This document shows, one piece after another, positions 55,507-64,000 of a stretch of 64,000 nt of DNA (positions are counted from its first letter, which is position 1; each line of letters opens with the position of its first letter). A model generated the notes under the pieces. It saw only the letters and a list, made by a program, of their open reading frames with translations. It was not told where the DNA came from and did not search any database. This DNA is from Candidatus Babeliales bacterium. GTDB lineage: Bacteria > Babelota > Babeliae > Babelales > JANWKD01. Made by a program: the position numbers and the translations under genes. The stretch is from positions 1 to 64,000 of the forward strand of contig CAVXJH010000007.1 of NCBI GenBank assembly GCA_963762115.1. The letters run 5' to 3'.

Positions 55507-58227
55507 ATGATTCCCTTAAAAATACAACTTAAAAACTTCCTAAGTTACGGTCCAACACTACAAACCATTGATTTTGGACCATATCCACTCATTTGCCTTA
55601 GTGGTAAAAATGGTCATGGAAAATCGGCATTGTTGGATGCGATTACCTGGGCGGTTTGGGGACAAGCACGAAAAATTTCTGGCGTTGCTAAGGCAGATAA
55701 TCACTTATTAAGACTTGGTCAAACCCAAATGATGGTTATTTTTGATTTTTTATTCAATGATAACCAATACCGGATTAGACGAGAATATGCAAAAACATAT
55801 GGCAAACCTTATGCAACCTTAGATTTTGGCATAATTCAAAAGGAAACGCAGCTCTATCTTCCTCTCACCAGCAAGACCATTCGCGATACTCAGGCCATTA
55901 TTGAAACAACTCTGGGGTTAGATTTTGACTCGTTCATCAATTCTGCTTTTTTACGACAAGGTCAATCAAACGAATTTTCCAAAAAATCTCCCAAAGATCG
56001 CAAAGAAATTCTCAGTTCAATTCTGGGTCTAAAACATTATGACATTATGAAAAAATTGGCTTTGAATAAGGCTAGAGATGCTACAACACAGTTACAACAA
56101 TTACATAATTTTAATGAAAAAATCGAAAGAGAACTAGAAAAAACAAGTGAAATTGCTATAAAAATCATTGAAATACAACAACAAATAGTTCTCTCTCAAG
56201 CGCAAGACAAAAAAATTATCCAAAAAAAAATTGAACTTGAAACAGTAAAACAAAATTACACTCAAGCAAAAAATGCTGAGCAAGTATTACATTTTCAAAT
56301 TCAACAAAAAAATAAAGAACAAGAGACTCTTCAAATAAAGCTGATTGCTTTATATAAAGATTGGAAAAAAATACATGCTCAACAAAAAAACATGTATGAT
56401 CTCACGTCTCTAGAAACTAAGAAACAAGAAATACTCGATAAAATTTCACTATTTCAAAAACAATTACAAAAAAGTTTAGAACTTAAAACAAGCATTTTAC
56501 AGTATCAACAAGAAGAGCAGATTCTTTCAAAAAAATTTCAGGATTCCTTCCAACAACAAATTCAAGAACACCAAATACAACTTCTTTCATTGCAAACAGC
56601 TGTTATTACTAAACAAGCAGAAGAAAAAGAACTGTGCAATAAACAAAATGCTCATGTTCAATTGCTTCAAGAAATTACCAATAAAGTCACCACATTAGAT
56701 GAAAATATAAAAAAAATCACCAATTCTGATAATGAAAAAACTCTAGAAGAGAAAAGGTTCGAAAAGCGAAAAGCATTTTATCATCAATGGATTGCACAAG
56801 GCAATATGGTTGCTCAAGAGTTATCAAATATTCAGCAAAAGCAACTCTTACAATGCAATGATCAAAATACAAGCTGCCCCGTGTGCGAACAAAATTTATC
56901 TGCATCAAGAAAAAAATTTTTAAAAGCAAAATATACTCAAGATGAACAACTTCTCAAACATCGTTTTACTCGTTTAAGTGTTATTACCAAAAAATTAAAA
57001 ATAGTTTTAGTTAAACAACATGCACAATTAGAAACATTAAACAATCAATTGGCACTCCGTGCACAACTAAATAATAATCTTCAAGAATTCACCAAAAATA
57101 AGCTTGCTTTGGAAAATGAGCGCATAATAATTACTAAGCATCTTGCGCAACTTCAACAAGAAATTGTTCAATTTACCACTGAACTTACCGACAAAAATAA
57201 AGACATTCAGCTTTTGCAATCAACACAATCTGAACAAATAATTAATGATCCGTCATATAAAAACTTAAAAAACTCTCTTGAGCAAACACAAGAAGCTTTA
57301 GATAATACGCTTTATGATGCCCAAGAACATCAAAAAACGACCCAAGAATTACAGCTGCTTGAACAACAGCGTGTGCAAGCTCATGTATATTTTCAAGATG
57401 TAGACAAACAAAAAAACAGAAAAGAAGAAATTCAAAATCTTTGTCGCATACTCAAATCAATAAAAAAAGAAATTCGAGAATACACACAAAAAATAAAAGA
57501 ATATGCGCATTTAGAAGCAATCTTGCACACCATACAAACTGAAGAAAACATCATTAACGGTGAAATACAAACGTTACAAGAACAAAAAGAAATCCTTTTG
57601 CTTGAAAAAGGAAGATTAGAAAATGAACGAACAAATTTACTCATTCTAGAAAAAGAACATGCACGCCAGAAAGAAGAAATTAATTCTCTCAAGCAGACAG
57701 TCGATGATTATCAAATATTAGCAACAACATTTGGCAAAGATGGTATTCAAGCGTTACTTATTGAGGAAGCATTGCCCGAAATTGAACAAGAAGCAAATGC
57801 TTTGCTCAATCAATTGACCAATAATCAATCACATATATTTATTGAATCGCTACGAGATTTACAAAAAGGTGGTACCAAAGAAACATTAGATATTAAAATT
57901 TCTGATGCGCAAGGCATTCGACCTTATGAACTATTTTCTGGTGGAGAAGCATTTAGAATCGACTTTGCACTAAGAATTGCCATTTCAAAATTGCTTGCAA
58001 GACGTGCAGGAACTTCATTACAAACGCTCATAATCGATGAGGGATTCGGTTCACAAGATGAAGAAGGACTTGCCTATATTATGGATGCATTACATAAGAT
58101 TCAAGATAATTTTTCTAAAATTATTATCGTTTCTCATCTCACCTCAATGAAAGATCAATTTCCCGTGCATTTTTATATTGAAAAAGGTGCTCAAGGCAGT
58201 ACGGTTAATGTTGTTGAACAAGGTTAA
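55507..58227 (+). CDS. sbcC: SbcC/Rad50 SMC-like ATPase
   Basis: GKNGHGKS, CPVC zinc hook, FSGGE, IIDEGFGSQD. Confidence 0.93.
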   Translation: MIPLKIQLKNFLSYGPTLQTIDFGPYPLICLSGKNGHGKSALLDAITWAVWGQARKISGVAKADNHLLRLGQTQMMVIFDFLFNDNQYRIRREYAKTYGKPYATLDFGIIQKETQLYLPLTSKTIRDTQAIIETTLGLDFDSFINSAFLRQGQSNEFSKKSPKDRKEILSSILGLKHYDIMKKLALNKARDATTQLQQLHNFNEKIERELEKTSEIAIKIIEIQQQIVLSQAQDKKIIQKKIELETVKQNYTQAKNAEQVLHFQIQQKNKEQETLQIKLIALYKDWKKIHAQQKNMYDLTSLETKKQEILDKISLFQKQLQKSLELKTSILQYQQEEQILSKKFQDSFQQQIQEHQIQLLSLQTAVITKQAEEKELCNKQNAHVQLLQEITNKVTTLDENIKKITNSDNEKTLEEKRFEKRKAFYHQWIAQGNMVAQELSNIQQKQLLQCNDQNTSCPVCEQNLSASRKKFLKAKYTQDEQLLKHRFTRLSVITKKLKIVLVKQHAQLETLNNQLALRAQLNNNLQEFTKNKLALENERIIITKHLAQLQQEIVQFTTELTDKNKDIQLLQSTQSEQIINDPSYKNLKNSLEQTQEALDNTLYDAQEHQKTTQELQLLEQQRVQAHVYFQDVDKQKNRKEEIQNLCRILKSIKKEIREYTQKIKEYAHLEAILHTIQTEENIINGEIQTLQEQKEILLLEKGRLENERTNLLILEKEHARQKEEINSLKQTVDDYQILATTFGKDGIQALLIEEALPEIEQEANALLNQLTNNQSHIFIESLRDLQKGGTKETLDIKISDAQGIRPYELFSGGEAFRIDFALRIAISKLLARRAGTSLQTLIIDEGFGSQDEEGLAYIMDALHKIQDNFSKIIIVSHLTSMKDQFPVHFYIEKGAQGSTVNVVEQG

Positions 58228-58251
58228 TATCAAACAATAATTATCTCACTA

Positions 58252-58491
58252 TCAAGGCACAACGACAACGTTTCCAATCAAAGGAATTTGTTTTTTTAAT
58301 GATTCTTCAACACCAAAACGTATCGTCATTAATGAAAAAGGGCACCTTTTACAGGCACCCTTTAAAGATACATAAACAATATTGTTTTCAAACTTAATAA
58401 ATTCAATATCGCCACCATCTTTTTGAAGCATTGGTCGAATTTCATCCAATGCTTCATGAATTTTTTGAATAAGCTGTTCGCTTACACCCAT
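58252..58491 (-). CDS. NifU/NfuA-like protein
   Basis: IRPMLQKDGGD, GACKRCP. Confidence 0.92.
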   Translation of the reverse strand: MGVSEQLIQKIHEALDEIRPMLQKDGGDIEFIKFENNIVYVSLKGACKRCPFSLMTIRFGVEESLKKQIPLIGNVVVVP

Positions 58492-58838
58492 GTTAGTTGT
58501 GCAACAGGTGCAGTATCACTTAGACGTTGGCCAAGTGATCTAAGACGCGTATAACCGCCTGGGCGATTAGCATACGTTGGTGCTATTTCTTTTACAAGCT
58601 TAACAACAGCTTCTTTTTTATAAGGCAACAATGCATGAATACGTCGATATGTATTAAACGTATCGCCAGTTCTTGCAATAGTAACCACTTTTTCAGCCAA
58701 TCGTTGCACTTCTTTGGCATTCGCTCTTGTTGTGACCAATTTCCCATAAGTAATTAAATGGATCACTTGGTTTCGCAACATTGATCGGCGATGTGGAGCT
58801 TTTAAATTTAATTTTTTTTTGCCATTTTGATGATTCAT
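58482..58838 (-). CDS. rplQ: 50S ribosomal protein L17
   Basis: HRRSMLRN, RPGGYTR. Confidence 0.96.
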   Translation of the reverse strand: MNHQNGKKKLNLKAPHRRSMLRNQVIHLITYGKLVTTRANAKEVQRLAEKVVTIARTGDTFNTYRRIHALLPYKKEAVVKLVKEIAPTYANRPGGYTRLRSLGQRLSDTAPVAQLTWV

Positions 58839-58863
58839 GGTATGTATTACCTTTAGTTACAAG

Positions 58864-59916
58864 TTATTCTTCATCAGCAACTTTTGCTAATTTTTTCAAA
58901 TCAGATTCTTTAATATTCATGCCGAACGAAAGACCAAATGCTTTAAGGCTCTCTTTAACTTCATCTAATGATTTGCGACCAAAGTTCTTAATTTTAAGCG
59001 CTTCATCATCTGAATAATTAACAAGATCAACAACACGTTTGATACCAGCATTAATTAAACAATTATGCGCACGAACTGAAAGTTCTAACTCATTAATTGG
59101 TTTCAAGAGTAAATCTACCGGAATGCCCTTAAGACCTTGTTCACTGTTACCTTTAGGCTGAATAAATTTCGTAGCTTCTTCAGGAACTGAAGAAATGTCA
59201 TTAAATGGTATTTCAGTACTTAACAAGAAATGCTCTAATTGAGTTCTTAATACCGAAACAGCGTAGTGTAATACTTGTAATGGAGTTTCAGCACCATCTG
59301 TATCAATTCGTATAATTAATTTATCATAATCAATATCACGACCTACACGAGTTTTTTCTACGTCAAAAGTAACTTTACGTACCGGTGAAAACATTGCATC
59401 AAGATAAATGCGACCATCTTCTTGTAATTGTTTTCCAGCAGGCCATTGAGCTGGTTGATAACCTCTTCCAGATTCAACAAAAAACTCTATATCAAGAATA
59501 CCACCAGGAGCAACATGCGCTAAAATATGATCTTTGTTAATAAGCTCTAAATGATCATCAGTTTTAATATCAGCAACACGTGCAACCGATTCACCTTTGA
59601 CTATTAGATGCATTTTACCTGATTTGCCCTCTTTATTACGGACAACAATTTCTTTAAGATTCAGAATAATTTGCATCGCATCTTCTAAAACACCCGGCAG
59701 AGGCGAAAATTCATTATTAACGCCTTTAATAATTACGGATGTAACCGCAGAACCTTCTACTCCCCCTAGCAAAACTCTTCGTAACGCATTGCCCAAAGTA
59801 ATCCCAAAACCTGGCTCCAATGGTTGTGCAACAAGTTCACCAAAAGTATCATTTAAGGTTTTCTTATTCCAACCAAGCAGTGGAATTGTTAAAGGTTTAT
59901 ACTCCTTCTTATCCAT
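58864..59916 (-). CDS. rpoA: RNA polymerase alpha subunit
   Basis: PLEPGFGITLGNALRR, LELSVRAHNCL, KNFGRKS. Confidence 0.98.
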   Translation of the reverse strand: MDKKEYKPLTIPLLGWNKKTLNDTFGELVAQPLEPGFGITLGNALRRVLLGGVEGSAVTSVIIKGVNNEFSPLPGVLEDAMQIILNLKEIVVRNKEGKSGKMHLIVKGESVARVADIKTDDHLELINKDHILAHVAPGGILDIEFFVESGRGYQPAQWPAGKQLQEDGRIYLDAMFSPVRKVTFDVEKTRVGRDIDYDKLIIRIDTDGAETPLQVLHYAVSVLRTQLEHFLLSTEIPFNDISSVPEEATKFIQPKGNSEQGLKGIPVDLLLKPINELELSVRAHNCLINAGIKRVVDLVNYSDDEALKIKNFGRKSLDEVKESLKAFGLSFGMNIKESDLKKLAKVADEE

Positions 59917-59975
59917 ATGTTCTCCTGAAAAGTCGACTCAACACCTGTTGAATGACGTGCAAGTAATGACTTGCG

Positions 59976-60533
59976 TTATTTGGAATATAACTCAACAATT
60001 AAATGCTCTTCAATTGGCACTTGAATATCAGAACGAACAGGAAGACGCAAAACACGACCTTTACGATCTTTCTTGTTTAACTCCAACCATTCTGGCACTT
60101 TAACACCAATATTGAGCCTTTTATCAATTACTCTCTCCAAAAATTCTGGTTTTTGCGTAACATTTTGAGCTAACGAAACTTCATCATTAACAGAAACGAG
60201 ATATGAAGGAGAATATACCTTCTGCCCATTTACTAAAATATGTCCGTGTACAATTATTTGACGAGCTTGCGCACGAGATGTTGCAAGTTTAAGTCGATAT
60301 AATGTATTATCAAGTCTTCTCTCCAATAAGCTCAATAAACGCTCACCAGCTGCTTCCTGACTTTTTGCGGCCATCTTAAAAAATCTTTTGAATTGCTTTT
60401 CAAGCATGCCATACATGCTTTTAACTTTTTGTTTTTCTTCAAGCTGCTTACCATATTCGGACAATTTTTTCATACGCTTTGGCGCAGCCGTTTTTTGTTC
60501 TTGAGATCCAACTGGAGTAGACTTTTTTTTCAT
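59976..60533 (-). CDS. rpsD: 30S ribosomal protein S4 with shortened N-terminus
   Basis: SEYGKQLEEKQK, LERRLDN, LIVELYSK. Confidence 0.95.
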   Translation of the reverse strand: MKKKSTPVGSQEQKTAAPKRMKKLSEYGKQLEEKQKVKSMYGMLEKQFKRFFKMAAKSQEAAGERLLSLLERRLDNTLYRLKLATSRAQARQIIVHGHILVNGQKVYSPSYLVSVNDEVSLAQNVTQKPEFLERVIDKRLNIGVKVPEWLELNKKDRKGRVLRLPVRSDIQVPIEEHLIVELYSK

Positions 60534-60564
60534 AACAATCTTAAATCCTACAAAAATATTATAC

Positions 60565-60951
60565 TTATACTCTACGTTTTTTTGCTGGACGGCATCCATT
60601 ATGAGGCAAAGGCGTCACATCTTGCAAAACGGTAATATTAAGACCTGATGCTTGTAATGCACGCACAACCGCATCTCTTCCTGATCCAGGACCTTGTAAT
60701 TTAACTTCAACATTTTTTGTACCATGTAATGCTGAAAGTTCTTTTGCAAGCTTTAATCCAATTTGTGTAGCTGCAAAAGGGGTCCCTTTACGCGCGCCTT
60801 TGAAATTTTCACGGCCCGCACTTCCTGTTAATAATACATCGCCACTTTCAGTTGTAATCGAAACAAGCGTATTATTAAAAGTTGACTTAACATGCGCAAC
60901 AACTGAGTCAACATGTCTTTTAGTTTTTTTTGTTTTTTTCTTATAAGCCAT
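60565..60951 (-). CDS. rpsK: 30S ribosomal protein S11
   Basis: STFNNT, GPGSGR, DVTPLPHNGCRP. Confidence 0.98.
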   Translation of the reverse strand: MAYKKKTKKTKRHVDSVVAHVKSTFNNTLVSITTESGDVLLTGSAGRENFKGARKGTPFAATQIGLKLAKELSALHGTKNVEVKLQGPGSGRDAVVRALQASGLNITVLQDVTPLPHNGCRPAKKRRV

Positions 60952-60984
60952 TCTTTAAATATCCTCAACAGTCTGTTGATGTTA

Positions 60985-61374
60985 TTATTTTTTAGTTACT
61001 TTACGCTTTAGAGCAACTGCGCCACCAGCTTTTCTAGGGCCTTTACGAGTTCTTGCATTTGTTTTGGTACGTTGACCACGAACAGGCAATCCTCTTTTAT
61101 GCCTTAACCCTCTATAAGATCCTATTTCCTGTAAACGCTTAATATTATTTCTAATATCTTTGCGCAATTCACCTTCAGTTGTATAATGAGAGGTTATTTC
61201 TTTTTGAATAGAAGCAACTTCTTCATCACTCAACTCTTTAACGCGCTTATCAAAATTAATTTTGAGCTTATTAAGAATATCTTGAGCCGATTTTAATCCA
61301 ATGCCAAAAATATACGTTAAGCCAAATTCAACTCTTTTATTGCTCGGAAGATTTACACCTTCGATTCTTGCCAT
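60985..61374 (-). CDS. rpsM: 30S ribosomal protein S13
   Basis: [24 protein letters not shown]. Confidence 0.98.
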   Translation of the reverse strand: MARIEGVNLPSNKRVEFGLTYIFGIGLKSAQDILNKLKINFDKRVKELSDEEVASIQKEITSHYTTEGELRKDIRNNIKRLQEIGSYRGLRHKRGLPVRGQRTKTNARTRKGPRKAGGAVALKRKVTKK

Positions 61375-61404
61375 AAAAATCCCTTGTTAAATCCAATAAT
61401 TTTT

Positions 61405-61521
61405 TTATCCTTGACGCTGCTTGTGTCTTGGATTTCTATCACAAATAATACGAACGACTCCTTCGCGTTTCACAACACGACAGTTTTCGCACATTTTTTT
61501 TACCGATGTCCTTACTTTCAT
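61405..61521 (-). CDS. rpmJ: 50S ribosomal protein L36 (absent from the ORF track)
   Basis: Manual translation [38 protein letters not shown]. Confidence 0.96.
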   Translation of the reverse strand: MKVRTSVKKMCENCRVVKREGVVRIICDRNPRHKQRQG

Positions 61522-61540
61522 TTTTTCCCCGTGACGTTAG

Positions 61541-61777
61541 TTATATTCGATCACTTTTATAACGCAATACAATTCTTCCTCGTGTCAAATCATAGGGTGA
61601 AAGTTCTAACGCAACTTTATCCCCTGGCAAAATTCTGATGTAATTCATACGCATTTTCCCAGAAACATGGCCAAGCACAACATGTCCACCTTCGATTTCA
61701 ACACGAAACATAGCATTTGGTAGAGTTTCTTTAACAATACCATCAACTTTTATAACTTCTTCTTTTTTATTGCTCAT
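61541..61777 (-). CDS. infA: translation initiation factor IF-1
   Basis: [23 protein letters not shown]. Confidence 0.98.
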   Translation of the reverse strand: MSNKKEEVIKVDGIVKETLPNAMFRVEIEGGHVVLGHVSGKMRMNYIRILPGDKVALELSPYDLTRGRIVLRYKSDRI

Positions 61778-62538
61778 TGCACACCTTGGTTTTTTCTCGT
61801 CAGCACAAGTGGCTCCTGTTCAGTAATCACAATAGTATCTTCAACATGTGCGGCCAAACTTTTGTCTTTAGTTTTTACCGTCCATCCATCATGAGTGACA
61901 TATACATCAAATTTACCCATAGTTATCATCGGCTCAATAGCAAAAGCCATCCCCGGTCGCAAAACAGGCCCTTTGCCTGCTTTACCATAATTCAGAATTT
62001 CGGGAGCTTCGTGCATACTTTTCCCAATGCCATGACCAGCAAAATCACGCACAACACCGTACCCATGGCTTTCAACTTCTTGTTGAATTGCTGCAGAAAT
62101 ATCAGAAAGGCGATTACCCGACCTTGCCATTTCTATACCTTTATCGAGTGCACCATGCGCAACAGCTACAAGTTTTTTTGCATTAGAATCACCTTCTCCA
62201 ACAAAATAACACCGAGCCATATCCGCACAATAACCCTGCCAAGACGCACAAACATCAACCTTAACCAGATCGCCTTCTTTTAAAATAATATCTAAGCGAG
62301 GAATTCCATGCACTACAACGTCATTCAAAGAAATACAACTAACATGCTTATAGCCACAATACCCTTTAGATTGCGAAACCATTTCTTTTTTCAAAAGCTG
62401 CTCTTCAATCCAACTATCAAGATATAAGGTATTAGTACCAACCTGAATCAAAGGTTGAATATCATTTAAAATCTCAGCAAGGAACACTCCCGCCGTTTTC
62501 ATTTTTTGTATTGACTGTTTATCTTTAATAGTAATCAT
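61774..62538 (-). CDS. map: methionine aminopeptidase type I
   Basis: [27 protein letters not shown]. Confidence 0.97.
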   Translation of the reverse strand: MITIKDKQSIQKMKTAGVFLAEILNDIQPLIQVGTNTLYLDSWIEEQLLKKEMVSQSKGYCGYKHVSCISLNDVVVHGIPRLDIILKEGDLVKVDVCASWQGYCADMARCYFVGEGDSNAKKLVAVAHGALDKGIEMARSGNRLSDISAAIQQEVESHGYGVVRDFAGHGIGKSMHEAPEILNYGKAGKGPVLRPGMAFAIEPMITMGKFDVYVTHDGWTVKTKDKSLAAHVEDTIVITEQEPLVLTRKNQGVQ

Positions 62539-62540
62539 AA

Positions 62541-63230
62541 TTATATTTTATTTTTTAACAAAAATTGAAAATCATCAAAAACATTTTTCAAAGGCTTTTC
62601 TACATTAACTTCACTTATAGGCAAACCATATGCCCGATAATAATCTAATAAAACTTGCTCATGACTATGATATATTTTCAATCTTTCTTTAACTGAATTT
62701 ATTTCATCGTCAGATCTACGCACCAAATCATTTTGACAATTATCACACGTCATTACCCGTTCTGGCATTAAAGCAGACGAAGGTAAAAAAGAATAAATAG
62801 ATTGACAGTCATTATTACTGCATATCAATCGAGCTGCCAATCTCTGAATAATTGCATCATCAGAAATAAATAATCGAACAACTTTTAAAACACAATCCTT
62901 AATTTTATTATTAAGAATGAGATTTAAAGCCTCAGCTTGTTTAACCGTTCGAGGAAATCCATCGAGAACCGTCGTTTCAAACTCAGAACCATTGTTCATT
63001 AACCATTCTTCAACCATGCTAATGATCAGCCCATCTGATATTAGTTTACCAGATTTTATAGCAAAATCTATTTGTTTGCCAATTTCTGTATTTTCATTAA
63101 TGTTTTTTCTGCATAAAAAACCTGTTGAAAGCTGTTTCCAACCTAATTTAGTTGTACAATAACTCGACAGTGAACCTTTACCTGAACCTGGTGGCCCAAT
63201 AAAAACAAAAACTTCTTTTTTCCTATTCAA
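62541..63230 (-). CDS. adk: adenylate kinase
   Basis: GPPGSGKG, LDGFPRT, Cys-containing lid, RSDD. Confidence 0.96.
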   Translation of the reverse strand: MNRKKEVFVFIGPPGSGKGSLSSYCTTKLGWKQLSTGFLCRKNINENTEIGKQIDFAIKSGKLISDGLIISMVEEWLMNNGSEFETTVLDGFPRTVKQAEALNLILNNKIKDCVLKVVRLFISDDAIIQRLAARLICSNNDCQSIYSFLPSSALMPERVMTCDNCQNDLVRRSDDEINSVKERLKIYHSHEQVLLDYYRAYGLPISEVNVEKPLKNVFDDFQFLLKNKI

Positions 63231-64000
63231 CGCGCAGTCCTACTTTTCAATCGACCAGATGTTAAAAAACCTTCATAACGATGTTCAATTAAATATGACT
63301 CAATTTGTGCCGATGTTTCCAAAGCAACACCAACGACAATAAGCAACGAAGTACCACTTAAATTAAATGGCATACGCATAAAAGCATGTAAAATGTTTGG
63401 GGCAAGCGCTAAACATGCTAAATAAATTGCACCAACCAAACCAATACGAGTTAATATATAATTGAAAAAAAGTGCTGTCTTTTTTCCAGGTCTAATACCA
63501 GGAATAAAACCACCACTTTTTTTGATATTTTCAGCAAGTTCTTCAGGATTGAATATAAGAGCTGTATAAAAGAACGAAAAAGCAATAATCAAAAAGAACT
63601 GTAGTACATTATATACAATTCCCATTTGACCAAACCAATCAACAAATCCTTTTATAAATTCAAACCGCTGAGACAATAAACCCGCCAATGCTAAAGGAGC
63701 ATTAATTACAGCAGAGGTAAAAATAATTGGCATTATACTTGCATTATTAATCCTAAAAGGTATGTAGGTACTTTGACCCCCATATACTCTTTGCCCAACA
63801 ACACGTCGTGCATACTGCACGGGAATTTTACGTTCGCCTTTTTCAAGAAAAACAATACAAGCAGTAATAATAAGAAAAATAACAAAAATAAGTAATGCTT
63901 GAAATATATTAATACTCCCAGCATCAACCATTGCTTTTGTTTTAATAATATATTCTGGAAATTTTGAAACAATACCAGAAAATATTATCATAGAACTACC
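63227..64000 (-). CDS. secY: preprotein translocase SecY, 3' part
   Basis: RKIPVQYA, FIPGIRPG, GTSLLIVVGV. Confidence 0.97.
   Translation of the reverse strand, partial: GSSMIIFSGIVSKFPEYIIKTKAMVDAGSINIFQALLIFVIFLIITACIVFLEKGERKIPVQYARRVVGQRVYGGQSTYIPFRINNASIMPIIFTSAVINAPLALAGLLSQRFEFIKGFVDWFGQMGIVYNVLQFFLIIAFSFFYTALIFNPEELAENIKKSGGFIPGIRPGKKTALFFNYILTRIGLVGAIYLACLALAPNILHAFMRMPFNLSGTSLLIVVGVALETSAQIESYLIEHRYEGFLTSGRLKSRTAR

Noticed and set aside
61384..61638. 84-aa plus-strand ORF
   Set aside because: Antisense to rpmJ and infA

Overview
The window appears to be a chimeric contig. Bases 1-~4955 are high-GC, indel-riddled Planctomycetota-like DNA: 3' rpoB, a small ORF plus an HD dNTP-triphosphohydrolase-like gene, and 5' rpoC. 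Bases ~4956-64000 are AT-rich DNA resembling Candidatus Dependentiae (TM6/Babeliae); this taxon call is an inference from gene content. The AT-rich part contains a >2500-aa repetitive fibre/adhesin-like protein, many signal-peptide orphan proteins (WD40, ankyrin, beta-helix, GNAT, putative Cys protease), and a mosaic accessory region (~18.7-29.8 kb) beside a tRNA-Val/Asn/Asp cluster. It also has a complete IS200 interrupting an ATP-grasp gene, housekeeping genes (sppA, mreC, dus, alr, yicC, yebC, ruvB, rodA, sbcC), tRNA-Pro/His, and the secY-adk-map-infA-rpmJ-rpsM-rpsK-rpsD-rpoA-rplQ cluster. The most striking pattern is single accessory genes bracketed by 50-350 bp duplicates of a neighbouring gene's end, with no integrase nearby. 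Examples are three copies of the rodA 3' end, two of the adh 5' end, and two of the ATP-grasp 3' end. This suggests a repeated single-gene capture process. All homology calls come from motif recognition by eye; no searches were run.
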